A DNA stretch of 63,982 bases, filler included, from Thelocarpon superellum (Eukaryota): assembly GCA_026025795.1 (NCBI GenBank). It is 3 parts of 3 records of this genome, joined end to end, with 100 filler letters (N's around TTAATTAATTAA, not from the genome) between each part and the next. Parts side by side here need not be neighbours in the genome. Positions count along the whole stretch, not along the records: positions 1 to 21,672 come from JAPEUG010000307.1; 2 more parts are not named here. One strand, given 5' to 3'. The notes beneath the pieces are model-generated. The model made no database searches, was not told where the DNA came from, and saw only the letters and a program-made list of their open reading frames with translations. Shown piece after piece: positions 1-12,909 of the stretch. A program made the position numbers and the translations under genes. Every line of letters starts with the position of its first letter. Positions within the stretch are counted from its first letter, which is position 1.

Positions 1-621
1 CGTCGGTGTAGCAGGGCCCCAAGTCAACCGCTAGCACCACTAATAATGTTAGTGAATACGGCAGACAGGGAAAGCTGAAGGGTCCAGGGCGCCTCAAGAC
101 CTGTGGATGGATGATGGGACAGCGAAGCACATCTCGACAACACCAGCCCCCGACTCATTTTGGCAATTCACCGTCCGATCACCGCCTACACTCCATCGTT
201 ATCCGGCTGTTCATGAGCTCAGTCAGTAGCTTCTTCTTCCTCCACCCTTCTCTACCCCACCCATCCCTCGACCACACCTACTCTTCCTCACCCTCACCCT
301 TACCCTCGCCCTCGCACCTCGCACCTCAACCTCGTTTACCTCGACCAAGACCTCGCAAGGCCGTGCTACCATCTGCTTCCACGGTTGCTCCCCACCTCGT
401 CTACACGGAGCTCGTGCAGTGGCTCCGCAGAGCGCGCACTGCTTCAAGGACTACGACCAGTCGCTCGGTCACCGCATGCTTCGTGCCGTCCCCTCACCAC
501 CTCCGTTCCGCACGGTTGTCTCACAGCACCCGGACGAACTGGAGGCACGCTCTCGTACACTCACTGTCACACACGTGCTCTCCTCTGCCATTCTACCGGA
601 TGAGGAGCTCTAGATCCAACG

Positions 622-3151
622 ATGCCTGTGCGATACACCCCTGATGAATTGTTACGCCTCAAAGCATCGCCTCTTGTGCGCAAACCTGAGAATCTTCCTC
701 CGCCCGAAGAATGGATCGGGTAGGTCATGGCTACTCCTGGATTCGCCGCAGCAATGGTTAATAGGGTGCAGGTCTCCACCGCCCCAGGTCGGTGCGCGGT
801 CATCGTTGGCCCGAGGCAAGCCAGATGAGATTGTCCCTCTCCAGGAGCCTTCCAGCCGGCGACCTACCCTCCTTGACACCAAACACATCTCACGGAGTTC
901 CAGTAAGGACCTCCACACCTCCCCAACACACGCGCATATGCTGGATGCTGACCGTGTCTCAGTCCCAGACGACATCGTCCTCGGACCGCCCAAGATGTCC
1001 TTCGCCTCGGCCACAGCTTTTCGTGCCTCCAGCAAGACCGCAGGACCCGCCGAGACCTCTTCCTTTGCCATGCTTGACCATGACCCGTCACGACCGTCGA
1101 GACTCACCGCGCGCGACAAGCTCTCCCGCGAGAAAGACCGACCCGACCGCGAGACGGATCGAGCGTGGGAGACCCGCACCGTCGGCTTGAACGGCAAGCG
1201 AGCGCCGCGCGAGCGGGAGCGGGAAGATGCCGATGGCTGGACCAGTGTGAAAGCACGCAAGAGTTTTGGGCACGAAGATGGCGAGCGCTATACCCGAAAG
1301 CCGCTCGACCGTGACCGGGACCGCGGCGTGGAGAGCGGACGTGAGCCTCGCGAGCGCGGAGTGCGCGCCTATGACCCCTTGACCCGTGAGCGGCAGCCCG
1401 AAGCCGATCGAGAGGCAGCACCGCGACGAAATGGGGTGCCCCGCGGTCGCAACGAGGCGTCGTGGTTTAAAGAGAAAGAATCGGCCCCGCCCAAGGAGCG
1501 ACCGACGCGGGAGAGCACTGGCCGGGAATGGCGCGAGGCTGACCGCACAACCGACCACGCATGGGGTCGGACGACGAAGCTTGAGAAAGACCCGGAATGG
1601 ATGGATGCCCCGGGCGCCGATGAGTCCAAGCAGGTCCATACGGCCGAGGACTTTCAACGATGGAAGGAGCGGATGAGAGCCGGTGGCACGCCGTCCGAGG
1701 AGAAGTCGAAGCCAGAGGAGGACGTCACGGTAGAGCGCGGAGCAAGCCGCCATGCCTCTACATCATCCAAACCGGACGTCAAGCCTGTGGCTCCCCTCGT
1801 CATGGACTCGGGCATTGATAAGTTCTTTGGTTTGTGGAATGAGCCGAAGTCGACGCACACCGAATCCTCCGTGGAAGCTCCGGAACCCGTCTCGAGGAAG
1901 GACGCGGCCAAGGCAAACGTCGGAAGAGCTTCCCGATTCACCTCCTTCTTCAGCCCGGCGGAAGAGACCCCGGCGCCGCACATGGAAGCACCCCCCGAGC
2001 TGACATCTCCGCCAGCGCCACACAAGGATGCGTCGAACGAGGACCGAGAGGGCTTCCAGCGGATCTTGCAAATGCTGGGCGGCACCAGCCTTGACACGGC
2101 CAAGGCGACGCCCTACCCCGATCAGGGCCGCCACCCACGACAGATGAGTAACGAGAATGTTCACCCGCAAGCACCCCCAAACCATCTTCCTGCTGGAATG
2201 CGCCATCGCGGCGACAGTCATGTCGCGCCACATCAGTCGGAGGCCGTGGACCTGCGAGCGCGGTCGTCGGCCAACATGGAGAGCATGCACGGCATGGCAC
2301 CGCCGGAGAGCGGCGCGGCTCGCAATCGCGACAACGAATTCTTTCTTGGATTGATGCATCATCAACGACCAAACCCCGCGGAGGACATGCCGGCTCCCTC
2401 AGCCCGCGGCAACCCGCAGAACTGGATGCGAGAGCCATCGGGTGAGGGACCCGACGGCAAGGGTATGGCAGGACTTCCACCAGGATTCATGGAGGGTCCG
2501 CCTCCCGGCCTGCCCCACCAACGTCGGCCCGCCCCCTCCCAAGGACCCATCCCGAACCCTGGCTTCCAACGTCCGCCTGGCTTCGAACACGCCCAGGTCC
2601 CGCCCGGGTGGGCCAACCCCCAAGGGCTTCCTTCCCAGCCCCCCCGACACGTTCCTCCACCTCCTGGCCTCACCAACAACGGCGCTCATCATCCCGACGG
2701 CGCTAATCGCGGTCCCCTCCCGTTCCCACCGTTTCCCGGTCCCCCGGGCCTCCCCCCGGGCATGCCCTTTCCCATGGGTGCGCCCTTCCGCGGTGGGCCC
2801 AACATGCCGCCACCACCGAACATGGGGCCTGGGCCTGGACCAGGTCCCGGACCTCCAGGCGCTGGGCCTCCACTGCCCCCCACTTTCTTCAACATGAACG
2901 TCCCCCCGCCACCAGGCTACCCGCCGATGCCTCCCCTCCCCCCTCTCAACGCACCCTCTGGGCCGGGGCCAGGGTCATACCCGCAAGATCCCAGCATCAT
3001 GAACATGGTGGCGCCTGACCCGTCTCGCGGCGGTGGTCCCCCCCGCCCATTCGATCCCTTTGCTGAGCTCGCTGGTGCCGGTGCTGGACGAGTGAGGAGC
3101 GCCGCTCCTCCGGGTGGGTATCCGACGTTCGCGCCGCATCGACCGACGTGA
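622..3151 (+). CDS. eIF4E-binding protein (4E-T/Eap1-like), Pro-rich C-terminus
   Basis: ATG 622 gives MPVRYTPDELLRLKASPLVRKPENLPPPEEWIG, containing the canonical YxxxxLL eIF4E-binding motif. Intron 720-771 (GTAGGT...TGCAG) splices in frame into ORF 644-3151; probable second intron 903-962. Internal blocks DDIVLGPPKMSFAS, DPEWMD, HTAEDFQRWKERM, SRFTSFF, EDREGFQRILQML. Confidence 0.75.
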
Positions 3152-4125
3152 CTAACCCGGCGCTGCGCAGGTTTATGATGAGCGTTTTGTCCCCTCGCCT
3201 CTCTCCCCTCGCCTCTCTTTGTCTCTTGTCTCTGTCGTTGCACGTCTTCATGATGCGTGTGACGGGTCCGATTCGAGAGCTAGGGAGGTCATCAAGCAAG
3301 CACATAGCCAACAACACTTGTCCCATGTCCTGTCGTCTCTCCTCTCCTCTCCCTCCCTCCTTGGGTTGTCTACCAGTCCTGTCTGCCCCGTGCAACGTCC
3401 TCGTACATAGCCTACTTCCGCGTGGCGTTTCTCTATGCGGACCTGGCTTGGCATGGCTGTGCTTCGCTTGGCTATGCGTGGCTTACTCTGCTCACATGAC
3501 CAGTATGCCCACGCGCAAGCTCGCCGAGGGCCAGGCTAGTGGTGACAGATGAAGGAGAAAGGTGGAAGGAGGAAGTAGAGGTCGTGGACAGATCGTCAAT
3601 AGAAGAAGACTTGTCTACATGTCTGTGCGGTGTACCAGCGATGAAACCAACTTGGATTGCTCAAGTGTCCCAATGCTCTCGATCGGAGACCGCGCGGTCT
3701 TAGGGCCACCGACACAGCCATCGGTCAGGGCACCGGAAGTATAAGATATGACGAGGTTGTAAGGATTGAGAGAGGACTGGCCATGCCTTTGTCGCCCTGC
3801 ACCGAGCGTTGCTGGCCAGCGGTACTCTACACGATGTCCACGCCCAGCCCAGCTCGGGCTGAGAGCGTATGGTTCTCGGGGGACCAGAACGCTCGTGGTC
3901 GATAAGAGACGGAACGGAGAAGCGTCATGACGGCGATCTAACGCTCCAAGTCGACAGCGGTCGCACGCATCATGTCACGTGCTCCTGCTACGCAAAAAGT
4001 GACCGAGGAGCTCGCCCGCAAAATTGGCGGGATCTCGACTCATCGTCGCGTCGCCGTTCACATCTCTTGGTCGCAGGCTCGATCAAGACGACCACACTCT
4101 CACTCGTGACTTCCCCGTGGCGACC

Positions 4126-7100
4126 ATGGACGACCTCGAATCTCTCGAGCTCCTGTCATTGGTGTCAAAGGTCACATCGGAGTTACAAAACCATCTGGGC
4201 ATCAGTGACAAGACCCTGGCGGAGTTCGTCATCGACCAACATGCACAATGTACTTCTCTCGCCGCCTTCAAGACGAAGCTCGAGGCCATGGGGGCCGAAT
4301 TCCCCCCGAGTCTGGTCGAGAGCGTGGACCGACTCATCTTGACCATGCACCCCAAACATCGGGGCGGCAAGGCAAGTCAGGCCGACGACGAGCAGAATGG
4401 CACGGCAGAGGCAAACAAGGTCGGAGTGGTGGAAAAGAAGTCTCGTATCTTCAAGGGACTGGCACTGCCGGATCAAGAACCTTCCTGGGGGAAGGAGGAC
4501 TACTCCAACGGTCACGCCGGTGATGCCTCGGGGTCGGGCGTCACGCTGGATGCCATCGATGATACCCTCGCCATGCTAGAGAACCTGGAGGGGAAGGTGG
4601 CGACGGAAAAGAGAACGGCCCCGGGCCGGAAGAGAAGTCGGAGTCCGGCCGATGATATGGACAGTGACCGTGACAATCGTCGCCAGCGGAGGGAACGACG
4701 TCGGTCACGCTCCCGATCACGAAGCTGGGAGAGGGGACATCGGAGTCGACGAAAGGCAGACGACGAGGATGATTACAGGAAACCCGACAATGGCTATCAT
4801 AGGAAGGACCGAGGACGGATCGGCCGGCGGGATGACGATGACCGACGCTTCAAACGACCTCCCGTGCCCGAGCTCGACGACGACCCGGTAATGTTCAAAG
4901 TTTACGATGGGCGGGTGACCGGCGTGAAGGATTTTGGGGCGTTCGTCAACCTCCAAGGGGTCAAAGGAAAGGTGGATGGGTTGGTACACGTGTCCGCCAT
5001 GCAAGAAGGCGCCCGAGTGAACCATCCATCCGACCTGGTCTCCCGCAATCAGCCGGTCAAGGTCAAGGTCATGAGCATCGAGGGCTCGCGCATCGGCCTG
5101 TCCATGAAAGAGGTCGATCAGGTCACTGGACGCGACTTGGCCCCGCAAAAGCGAATCCTCTCGGGCGCCAACATGGAACGACTGGACGGCATGGGCGTCG
5201 ACGCGGATGCCGGCGGCAGATATGGAGGTCTGACCGACGACGTCCCGGTGATCGAGGGCGAGATCAATGGGAACAAGCCGAGGAACAAGAAGCGCATGAC
5301 CTCGCCCGAGCGGTGGGAGATCAAGCAGCTGATTGCCTCGGGGGCCATTTCCGCTCAGGACTATCCCGACATTGATGAAGAGTACCATGCCACGCTCACG
5401 GGCGAGGGAGATTTTGAAGAGGAGGAGGACGTGGATATCGAGGTACGGGACGAGGAGCCACCGTTTCTCGCTGGTCAGACCAAGCAATCTCTCGAACTCT
5501 CGCCGATCCGCGTCGTCAAGGCACCCGATGGGTCGATGAATCGCGCGGCCATGGCGGGAACGAGCTTGGCGAAGGAACGGCGCGATCTGCGGCAACAGGA
5601 GGCGCAAGACAAGGCCGCCGAACAAGCGTCACAGGTCGACATCAACGCGCAATGGCAGGATCCCATGGTCTCGGCGGATCAGCGCAAGTTCGCCAGCGAC
5701 CTCCGAACGGCACGGCCTCATCCTCAGGGTGACGCGGTGCCAGAGTGGAAGCGGGTGACGCAGAACAAAGACGTGCCGTTGGGCAAACGCACGTCGATGA
5801 CCATCAAGCAGCAAAAGGAGAGCCTGCCCGTCTACAAGTTCCGCTCGCAGATCATCGAGGCGGTCAAGGCCAACCAGTTGCTGATCGTCGTCGGCGACAC
5901 CGGGTCGGGCAAGACGACGCAGCTCACACAATACCTGGCCGAAGCGGGCTTTGCCGAGAGCGGCATGATTGGTTGCACCCAGCCACGTCGCGTCGCGGCC
6001 ATGTCGGTGGCCAAACGGGTGGCCGAGGAGGTGGGATGTCGCCTGGGCGAGGAGGTCGGGTACACGATTCGGTTCGAGGACTGTACCAGTGCACAGACGA
6101 AGATCAAGTACATGACCGACGGCATGCTGCAGCGAGAGGTCTTGTTGGATCCCGACATCCGACGCTACTCGGTCATCATGTTGGACGAGGCACACGAGCG
6201 CACGATCGCCACCGACGTGCTCTTCGGCCTCCTCAAGAAGACGCTGAAACGACGACCCGACCTCAAGCTGATTGTGACCTCGGCCACGCTCGATGCCGAC
6301 AAGTTTTCAGAGTACTTCAACGAGTGTCCAATCTTGACCATTCCGGGACGAACGTACCCGGTCGAGATCATGTACTCACGCGAGCCCGAGTCCGACTATC
6401 TGGATGCGGCGTTGGTCACGGTGATGCAGATCCACTTGACGGAGCCGCCTGGAGATATCTTGTTGTTCCTCACGGGACAAGAAGAGATTGACACCAGCTG
6501 TGAGATTCTGTATGAGCGGATGAAGGCCCTGGGACCGAAGGTGCCCGAGCTGATCATCTTGCCCGTCTACTCGGCGCTGCCCAGCGAGATGCAGAGCAAG
6601 ATCTTTGAGCCAGCACCGCCCGGAAGCCGCAAGGTGGTCATCGCCACGAACATCGCGGAGACGTCCATCACCATCGACCAGATCTACTACGTCATCGATC
6701 CTGGCTTCGTCAAGCAGAACGCTTACGACCCCAAGCTCGGCATGGACTCGCTCGTCGTGACCCCCATCTCGCAAGCGCAGGCGAAACAGCGGGCGGGGCG
6801 TGCTGGTCGGACCGGGCCGGGCAAAGCCTTTCGACTCTACACGGAAGCCGCCTTTCAGACCGAGATGCTTCCGACCTCCATCCCTGAGATTCAACGGCAG
6901 AATCTCTCCCACACGATCCTGATGCTCAAGGCGATGGGGATCAACGATCTGTTGCACTTTGACTTCATGGATCCGCCGCCGACCAACACGATGCTGACGG
7001 CCCTGGAAGAGCTGTACTCCTTGTCGGCGCTTGACGACGAAGGCCTCCTGACGCGACTCGGGCGCAAGATGGCCGACTTCCCCATGGAGCCGGCCCTCGC

Positions 7101-7951
7101 CAAGGTCCTGATCGTCTCCGTGGACATGGGCTGCTCGGACGAGGTCCTCAGCATCGTCGCCATGCTCTCGGTCCAAACCGTCTTCTACCGACCAAAGGAG
7201 AAACAGACACAAGCCGATCAGAAGAAGTCAAAGTTCCATGACCCGCACGGCGACCACCTGACGCTTTTGAATGTGTACAACGGGTGGAAGATGTCGAAAT
7301 TCAGCAACCCGTGGTGTTTCGAGAACTTCATCCAGTCGCGGTCGATGCGGCGCGCCCAGGACGTGCGACAGCAGCTCGTCTCCATCATGGAACGGTACAA
7401 GCACCCGGTCGTCAGCTGCGGACGCAACACGATGAAGGTCCGACAAGCCCTCTGCTCCGGCTTCTTCCGCAACGCCGCCCGCAAGGACCCACAGGAAGGC
7501 TACAAGACGCTCATCGAAGGCACGCCGGTGTACATGCACCCCAGCAGCGCGCTATTTGGCAAACCAGCCGAACATGTCATCTTCCACACGTTGGTCCTGA
7601 CCACCAAGGAATACATGCATTGTACGACAGGGATAGAGCCGAAGGTACGCAGCATCTTTCATCCCCTTCCCTCCCTCCCTCCCTCCCTCCCTCCCTCCGT
7701 CCGTCCTCTTTTTCATCTACCTCCATTCGACCCTGGCAGAATCGTTGCAAGAGAGGGGAGCTAAGACTTCGCAGTGGCTCGTAGAAGCGGCGCCGACATT
7801 CTTCAAGGTGGCACCGACGGACAAGCTGTCGAAGCGGAAGAAAGCAGAACGGATCCAGCCGCTGTATAATCGGTTCGCGGGCGAGGACGACTGGCGGCTT
7901 TCGGCGCAGAAGAGACAGGGAAGAGGTGGGGGCGGTGGTACGTGGGGCTAA
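4126..7951 (+). CDS. prp22: Pre-mRNA splicing DEAH-box RNA helicase Prp22 (DHX8)
   Basis: MDDLESLELLSLVSKV start, RS-rich tract, S1 domain, GDTGSGKTTQ, DEAH, SAT and QRAGRAGR motifs. Intron 7645-7774 joins the terminal exon WLVEAAPTFFK...GTWG. Confidence 0.97.
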
Positions 7952-8198
7952 CTGGCGTCGTGGAGTACGATGCGATGCGATCCTGCATATCTCGTGCACT
8001 ATTGCCGATGCTCATGCTGGGGTATGGAATTCGAGATCGGGGTTCGGGCGTATGTATAGGTCATGGATAGTGAGTGATACAGCTTGCTCTTTCGCTAACG
8101 ATACAATACACCATCCTCTGTCCGGTCCCCCTTCTCCCTTCCTCCTGCTCATACAATCCGAAACCGCGTCCCGCTCTCTTAACAATGTCCCTGCCTCC

Positions 8199-10463
8199 CT
8201 AACGCTCTGGAGAACTGTCAATGTCGGCACGACTGCGATAAGTCGACCTCGTTCGGATAGACTTGATTGGATCAACTCCCACGTGATGCTCGTCCGACAT
8301 GTCCATGGCCGCTTCCACCTCGTCTTTCCCCCGTCGCACGTCATCTCCCTCCCCCTCCACAGGTTCGTTCGCCTCGATCCCCGTCTCCTCTTCCTCATCA
8401 TGGTCGCTGTACGCGTATCGCGGCGCACTGACGTTGCGTGCCCGCGGATAACTCCTCGCCGTTCTCGCAACTCGCGCTCCCGATGTCCACGGCTGCGACA
8501 GACGGGGTAGGGGCGCCGTGCGAATCCATTGCCGTTCATCCTGCCACCACCATTCGCGTCCGCGGCGAGGGCGGTGCCGGACATGGTACGCGTTTTGCGT
8601 GTTCTCGCCAGGCCAGGCACCTCCTTGTTCCATATCACCGCTGCCGCTCTCCCGTCGTCTTGGCTCGGGAGTTACTCGGAGATGATCCCGGGCGTGTGTG
8701 GTGGTCCATTTCGTCCAGAGTTTGAGCGAAGACCACCACGTTTGCCGGCGTCCCTCGATTTGCCGCCATGGCTGCGAGATGTGTCAGCGTGCGCGGTGCC
8801 CATCCCAATCTAATGCAGTATTACCCTTTCCATGATGATGAAACACGCACACTCAAGCGCACATTGCACCGACGTCGCAGCTGCCGCAAAGCAGCTGAGA
8901 GTGAAGTTCGGATGTTCGACGTAGTAGTCGCTATACTGGAAGCAATGCGCAATCAACGGAACGATCGACGTGAGCAGGTAAACCAGGGGGTAGATGAAGA
9001 GCAGCCTCGTTTGCTTCCGGATCTGCCGGTGGGTCCGGAGATGACTCGCGCGGGGAAGATCGTCGTACGCACTGTCGTCGACCATGGTCAGAAGCTGGGA
9101 AGAGGGAAGGCAGGAAGACGGCAGGTAGCCCGGTGCGAGCGCCTGGGGCAACGGAGGTTGATCTTTCGAGCGACACGGCTCCGTCGCATTGATGTAAAAG
9201 GTGCCATGTGAATTGACCAGGCGTACGTCGAGAGAGACTTCCTGCAACGTCTGTGGGGACTGTACAAGCAGTTCCGACGGTCCAAATGGGTTCGGCGGTG
9301 AGGCTGACGCTGATAAGTTTCCCCATTTTGATGAGTGCTGCAGCTGCCATTGGAGCCTTTCGTCCCGGTCGCTGAAAACGCGTGGACCCAATTCACTTTC
9401 CGTCAATTTCACTCCTTCGTTCAGTGGCTTGATCACAGGGGTTTTGACATCATCGTGAAGGTCATAGGAAGTTGAGGGAATCAGACCACGGAGAACGAGT
9501 CGAGGGAGTGGCTTGAGCGGTTCGCCAGAAGGCGACGACGCCCCGGTCATCTCCTCTCCCTCCGGGGTTTGCTCCAGTAGTCTCACGTCCCATGGCGCCG
9601 TGCCGTGCCTGCGCAAAGAGGCTAGCTCCTGTCCGAGATTGCGACCGATGTAGACAACATAGACGTAGACAGACGCCGTGATGACGGTGATGGTCGTGAG
9701 GATGATGTAGCGCGGGATCCAAGCCAACGCCAGCCGGTACGAGAATGGGCGGACGGGTAAGACGCAACCTGTTCCTTGATTGGAAAAGGCGTTGTCTCCA
9801 TTGATGAAGGCTAACGACGCCATCAGTACGGGGAAGAAGATCCAGAACAGGAAGACCGTCGTCGTGTAGGGGGCGAGACCGGCTGTCTCGGGTGAAGCGC
9901 TGGGCAGGAAAACTTGGAGCGCCATGTGAATCGCCAGCAGTAGATTCGCAATGTCTAACCCAAGTCAGTATGACCCAGGCAGGACACGCGTCCGTCCACC
10001 CATACCCGTGGCTGTATCCCCGTCCGCGAAGAGGAAGCCAATCGCCAGACACGGGATCTTGCCAGCTTTCCCTTCGTCCCAAAACACCATGGGGTAGAGA
10101 ATGAAGGCCAGAGCGCGAAGCAGGTTGCCCAGGAACATCATCACCATCAAGCTATTGAGGCCTGGTGTGAGTCGACTCTCTTTCACGCCGTCGGTCGGGA
10201 GTATCTCACTCGTGCCGGAAGTGCTTTGCTATGAGCAGCAGCCAGTACGTGGCCAACACCACTGTGACGAGACCGACGCATGACAAGGACAGGCTGATGA
10301 GGAGGATGATGTGCTCTTCATGGGGCGTATATGGGCTACGTTCATTGACAGTCCGCTGGTCCCACGGCGGCTCCGGTGGGACTGGCCTGTTGAGGAGCTC
10401 CTGGATCTTCCGCGCTCCCGCGAGGAATAATAACTGAATGATTGGAAACCGCTCGTCTGCCAT
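8199..10463 (-). CDS. G protein-coupled sugar-sensing receptor, Git3/Gpr1 family
   Basis: Spliced hydrophobic helices: ...KHFRH / LMVMMFLGNLLRAL / AIHMALQVF / CVLPVRPFSYRLALAWIPRYII / QIRKQTRLLFIYPLVY / ER-PWRQI. Long third intracellular loop; about three introns; last exon reads through to the stop at 8199. Start codon uncertain. Confidence 0.8.
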
Positions 10464-10889
10464 GCCTCCGGTATATGAGCGTGGTGGACCCGCTGCGGAG
10501 CGGGATGCATTGCGATGTCAGGCCGCCGAGGCTTTGGCCAGCCATCGGCCAACGTAGACATGGCTTCCGACCCCCCAAGGGAGACAGAACGAGGGAGCAG
10601 ATGCGTCAACAAATACATTGCTGCCATGTGGATCCCAAGAAGAAGAAGACCATGCGGCAGTAGCAACGCTTCAAGGACGGAAGGAGTGATAGAAAGTCGC
10701 AACCTTCTCGAAGCGGCCACGCTCCTTGGCCTCGATCTTGAGATGACCCGTATCCAGAGGAAAGAATGTCATAGAGTCCACGTATTGCACCTGTTTGTGT
10801 CTCTGGCGCGGTTCAGTACACAGTTGAAGCCGCTACGGGCCGAAGGGACCGTGAAGTCGAACATTGTCGATGATACCGCGAGCGTGGTG

Positions 10890-11167
10890 TGTTGGAGGAT
10901 GACATAATCTACGGCTACAGCAGCTGATTGCGAAGGGCAGAACGGAAAATGCAGCATTGTAGGAGCGCGCACGTGATCTGATCACGTGCCCACTCCTATC
11001 ACTATCCCGACTACGCGTAGATTCGCAATTCAGCTCTGATTCCTACAGCATTATTATTAGAGGGTCCCGTGTATTTTGTATGGGGAGACCCAAGTATGGG
11101 GAGACCCAAGCAAAGTTTTAATATTTAGCCTCATTACTATCTTCCACTGTATTCCCTCTGCGCAACA
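10890..11167 (+). mobile_element. Solo-LTR-like element, family B (TGTTG...CAACA), interrupted by a family A insertion
   Basis: Begins TGTTGGAGGATGACATAATC and ends CGCAACA. Flanks TGGTG/TGGCG (5-bp TSD, one mismatch). Colinear similarity to 60857-61008; internal 16-bp tandem duplication GTATGGGGAGACCCAA. Confidence 0.7.
10958..11047 (-). mobile_element. 90-bp mini-element family A, copy 1
   Basis: TGTAGGA...TCCTACA ends, 4-bp TSD GCAT/GCAT. Its reverse complement differs from the four-copy consensus at about 3 positions. Confidence 0.92.
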
Positions 11168-11591
11168 TGGCGAGGCGTGATGTTGTAGCACGTGACTTCG
11201 CGTCTTTGGGCGCGTCGTGGCTTCTCTACACATCAGCCACTCATCTCCATCCAGCCTGAGATTTCCGCGGTGAGCATGAGCGGCCCGGCTGATGAGCCTG
11301 TCCTCCCCTCTTTCTTATTGTGCTCTAATCATGGCACAATCGGTTCTCCATACGTCTTTCCGTGCTTTGCCTTGCCTCCCACCTTTCTGCGTCAGCTTGC
11401 CGCTCTTCCTTAGCTTCATAGCGCCTGCCGCTGGTTTCCGCCGATATCTCTTCCCCGACGGCCATCCTTGACTGCAATAAGGATGGCATGAGTCTTTCAT
11501 TTTGAGCGCTTGACTTGTGGAGTCTAGTCGATGCCAGGGACTCGGTGACCAGCTCTCCGGTTCTCCCAACCGCGATCGACGGCACACTGCG

Positions 11592-12739
11592 ATGCCAGAA
11601 GACTATTCGAGAAGTCCCTATCGGGGCAGCGTTGGCCTGACTTCCAACTTCAAAGCCTTGATCGATGCGGTCGAGCTCGACGACGTGGTCAGGCTATGGG
11701 AGGTACTTCAAGGGAATCCTGACGCGTGTAAAATCAACATCAACGCTCTCATGCACGCCGGTTCCGGTCAAGGGCTAGCCGCGCTGCATCTCGCTGCTAT
11801 GCAAGGCTATACACACCTGATCGACGTGTTGGTGGCGAATGGGGCCAATGTTAACATACTAATGGCCACACCGGAAGAGGATTTCACGCCGCTCTGCCTT
11901 GCTCTTCACCGCGGCCATTGGGCCACGGCGGATAGGTTGATCGCGAATGGTGCCGACCCGGAGCTAAAGGGTACGAGACACTCGGCCTTCTCGGTGTTCA
12001 TGAGCCAGGCCAACTGGAATGATTCCGATCATGTCCGTCTTGCGCTCTTGATGCTGGACTGTGGCGGGAAGACCTCGTCTGCCTATAAGTGGAGGGCTTA
12101 CAAGCTGGTACGTGCTGAAAGCAATTGCAGTCCGGCCCCTCAACAAGTTCGGCCAGCTAAGCTCTCAGACAGCTCTTCGACGCGGCACGTCAGGGGAGCC
12201 CCTTCCTGATCCAAGGATTGACGGTGCGACACGTATCAATGGAACCGAATGTTCCGCAAGGGCATCCTAGCCCCTTGACTGTGGCCTGTCTTGGCGGGCA
12301 TATGGGCGCGGTCGCAATGCTGATCAAATTCGGGGCGAAGGTCACTAGGGCGGTGCTCCAGCAATGTCCCGGAGCTTCCATGTTTGAGCTCCTCCTCTGT
12401 CGGCCTTCAGAAATCTTCGTGGACGGGTCCAACATCAAATATCGCGCTTTCGCTGGTCGACACCTTTCACGCATGAAAGAGGCATTTGGTCGCCGAGACC
12501 CAGAGTACGAAGGAGTACGCGCCTTATACTGTGCCAGCGATCCGGCCAGTGCGCCTGCGCGTCAGGTACTTGATCGCGTTGTCAAATCCTATGAGCAATT
12601 CGAAACGAAGTACATTGAGGAAACACACCAGCCATTGGGTGATGATTTCTACGAGACGCGTGACATCAGGTTCGTCCTCCTTCTCCTGGAGCAGAATCTG
12701 GTCCTGCTAATGCTTACATGTTGTCTCAGTTCAAGGTGA
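11592..12739 (+). CDS. Ankyrin-repeat protein
   Basis: ANK motifs LHLAAMQGYTHLIDVLVANGANVN, TPLCLALHRGHWATADRLIANGADP, SPLTVACLGGHMGAVAMLIKFGA. Intron 12108-12172 links ORF 11517-12209 to ORF 12218-12739; probable intron 12670-12729. Confidence 0.8.
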
Positions 12740-12909
12740 GGCAAGCGCCAACGAGCGTTTGATTGGGATTGGACGTTTTAGCTTCACTCGCTCTCTTTGC
12801 TGGCAACCATGAGGCATCGTATTGAGCATGAATAGACCAATCTCGACATGGTTCCCGCACCAGACGCCATGCAGATATTATGTACGTAGATGCGTGACAT
12901 GATGTGGGC

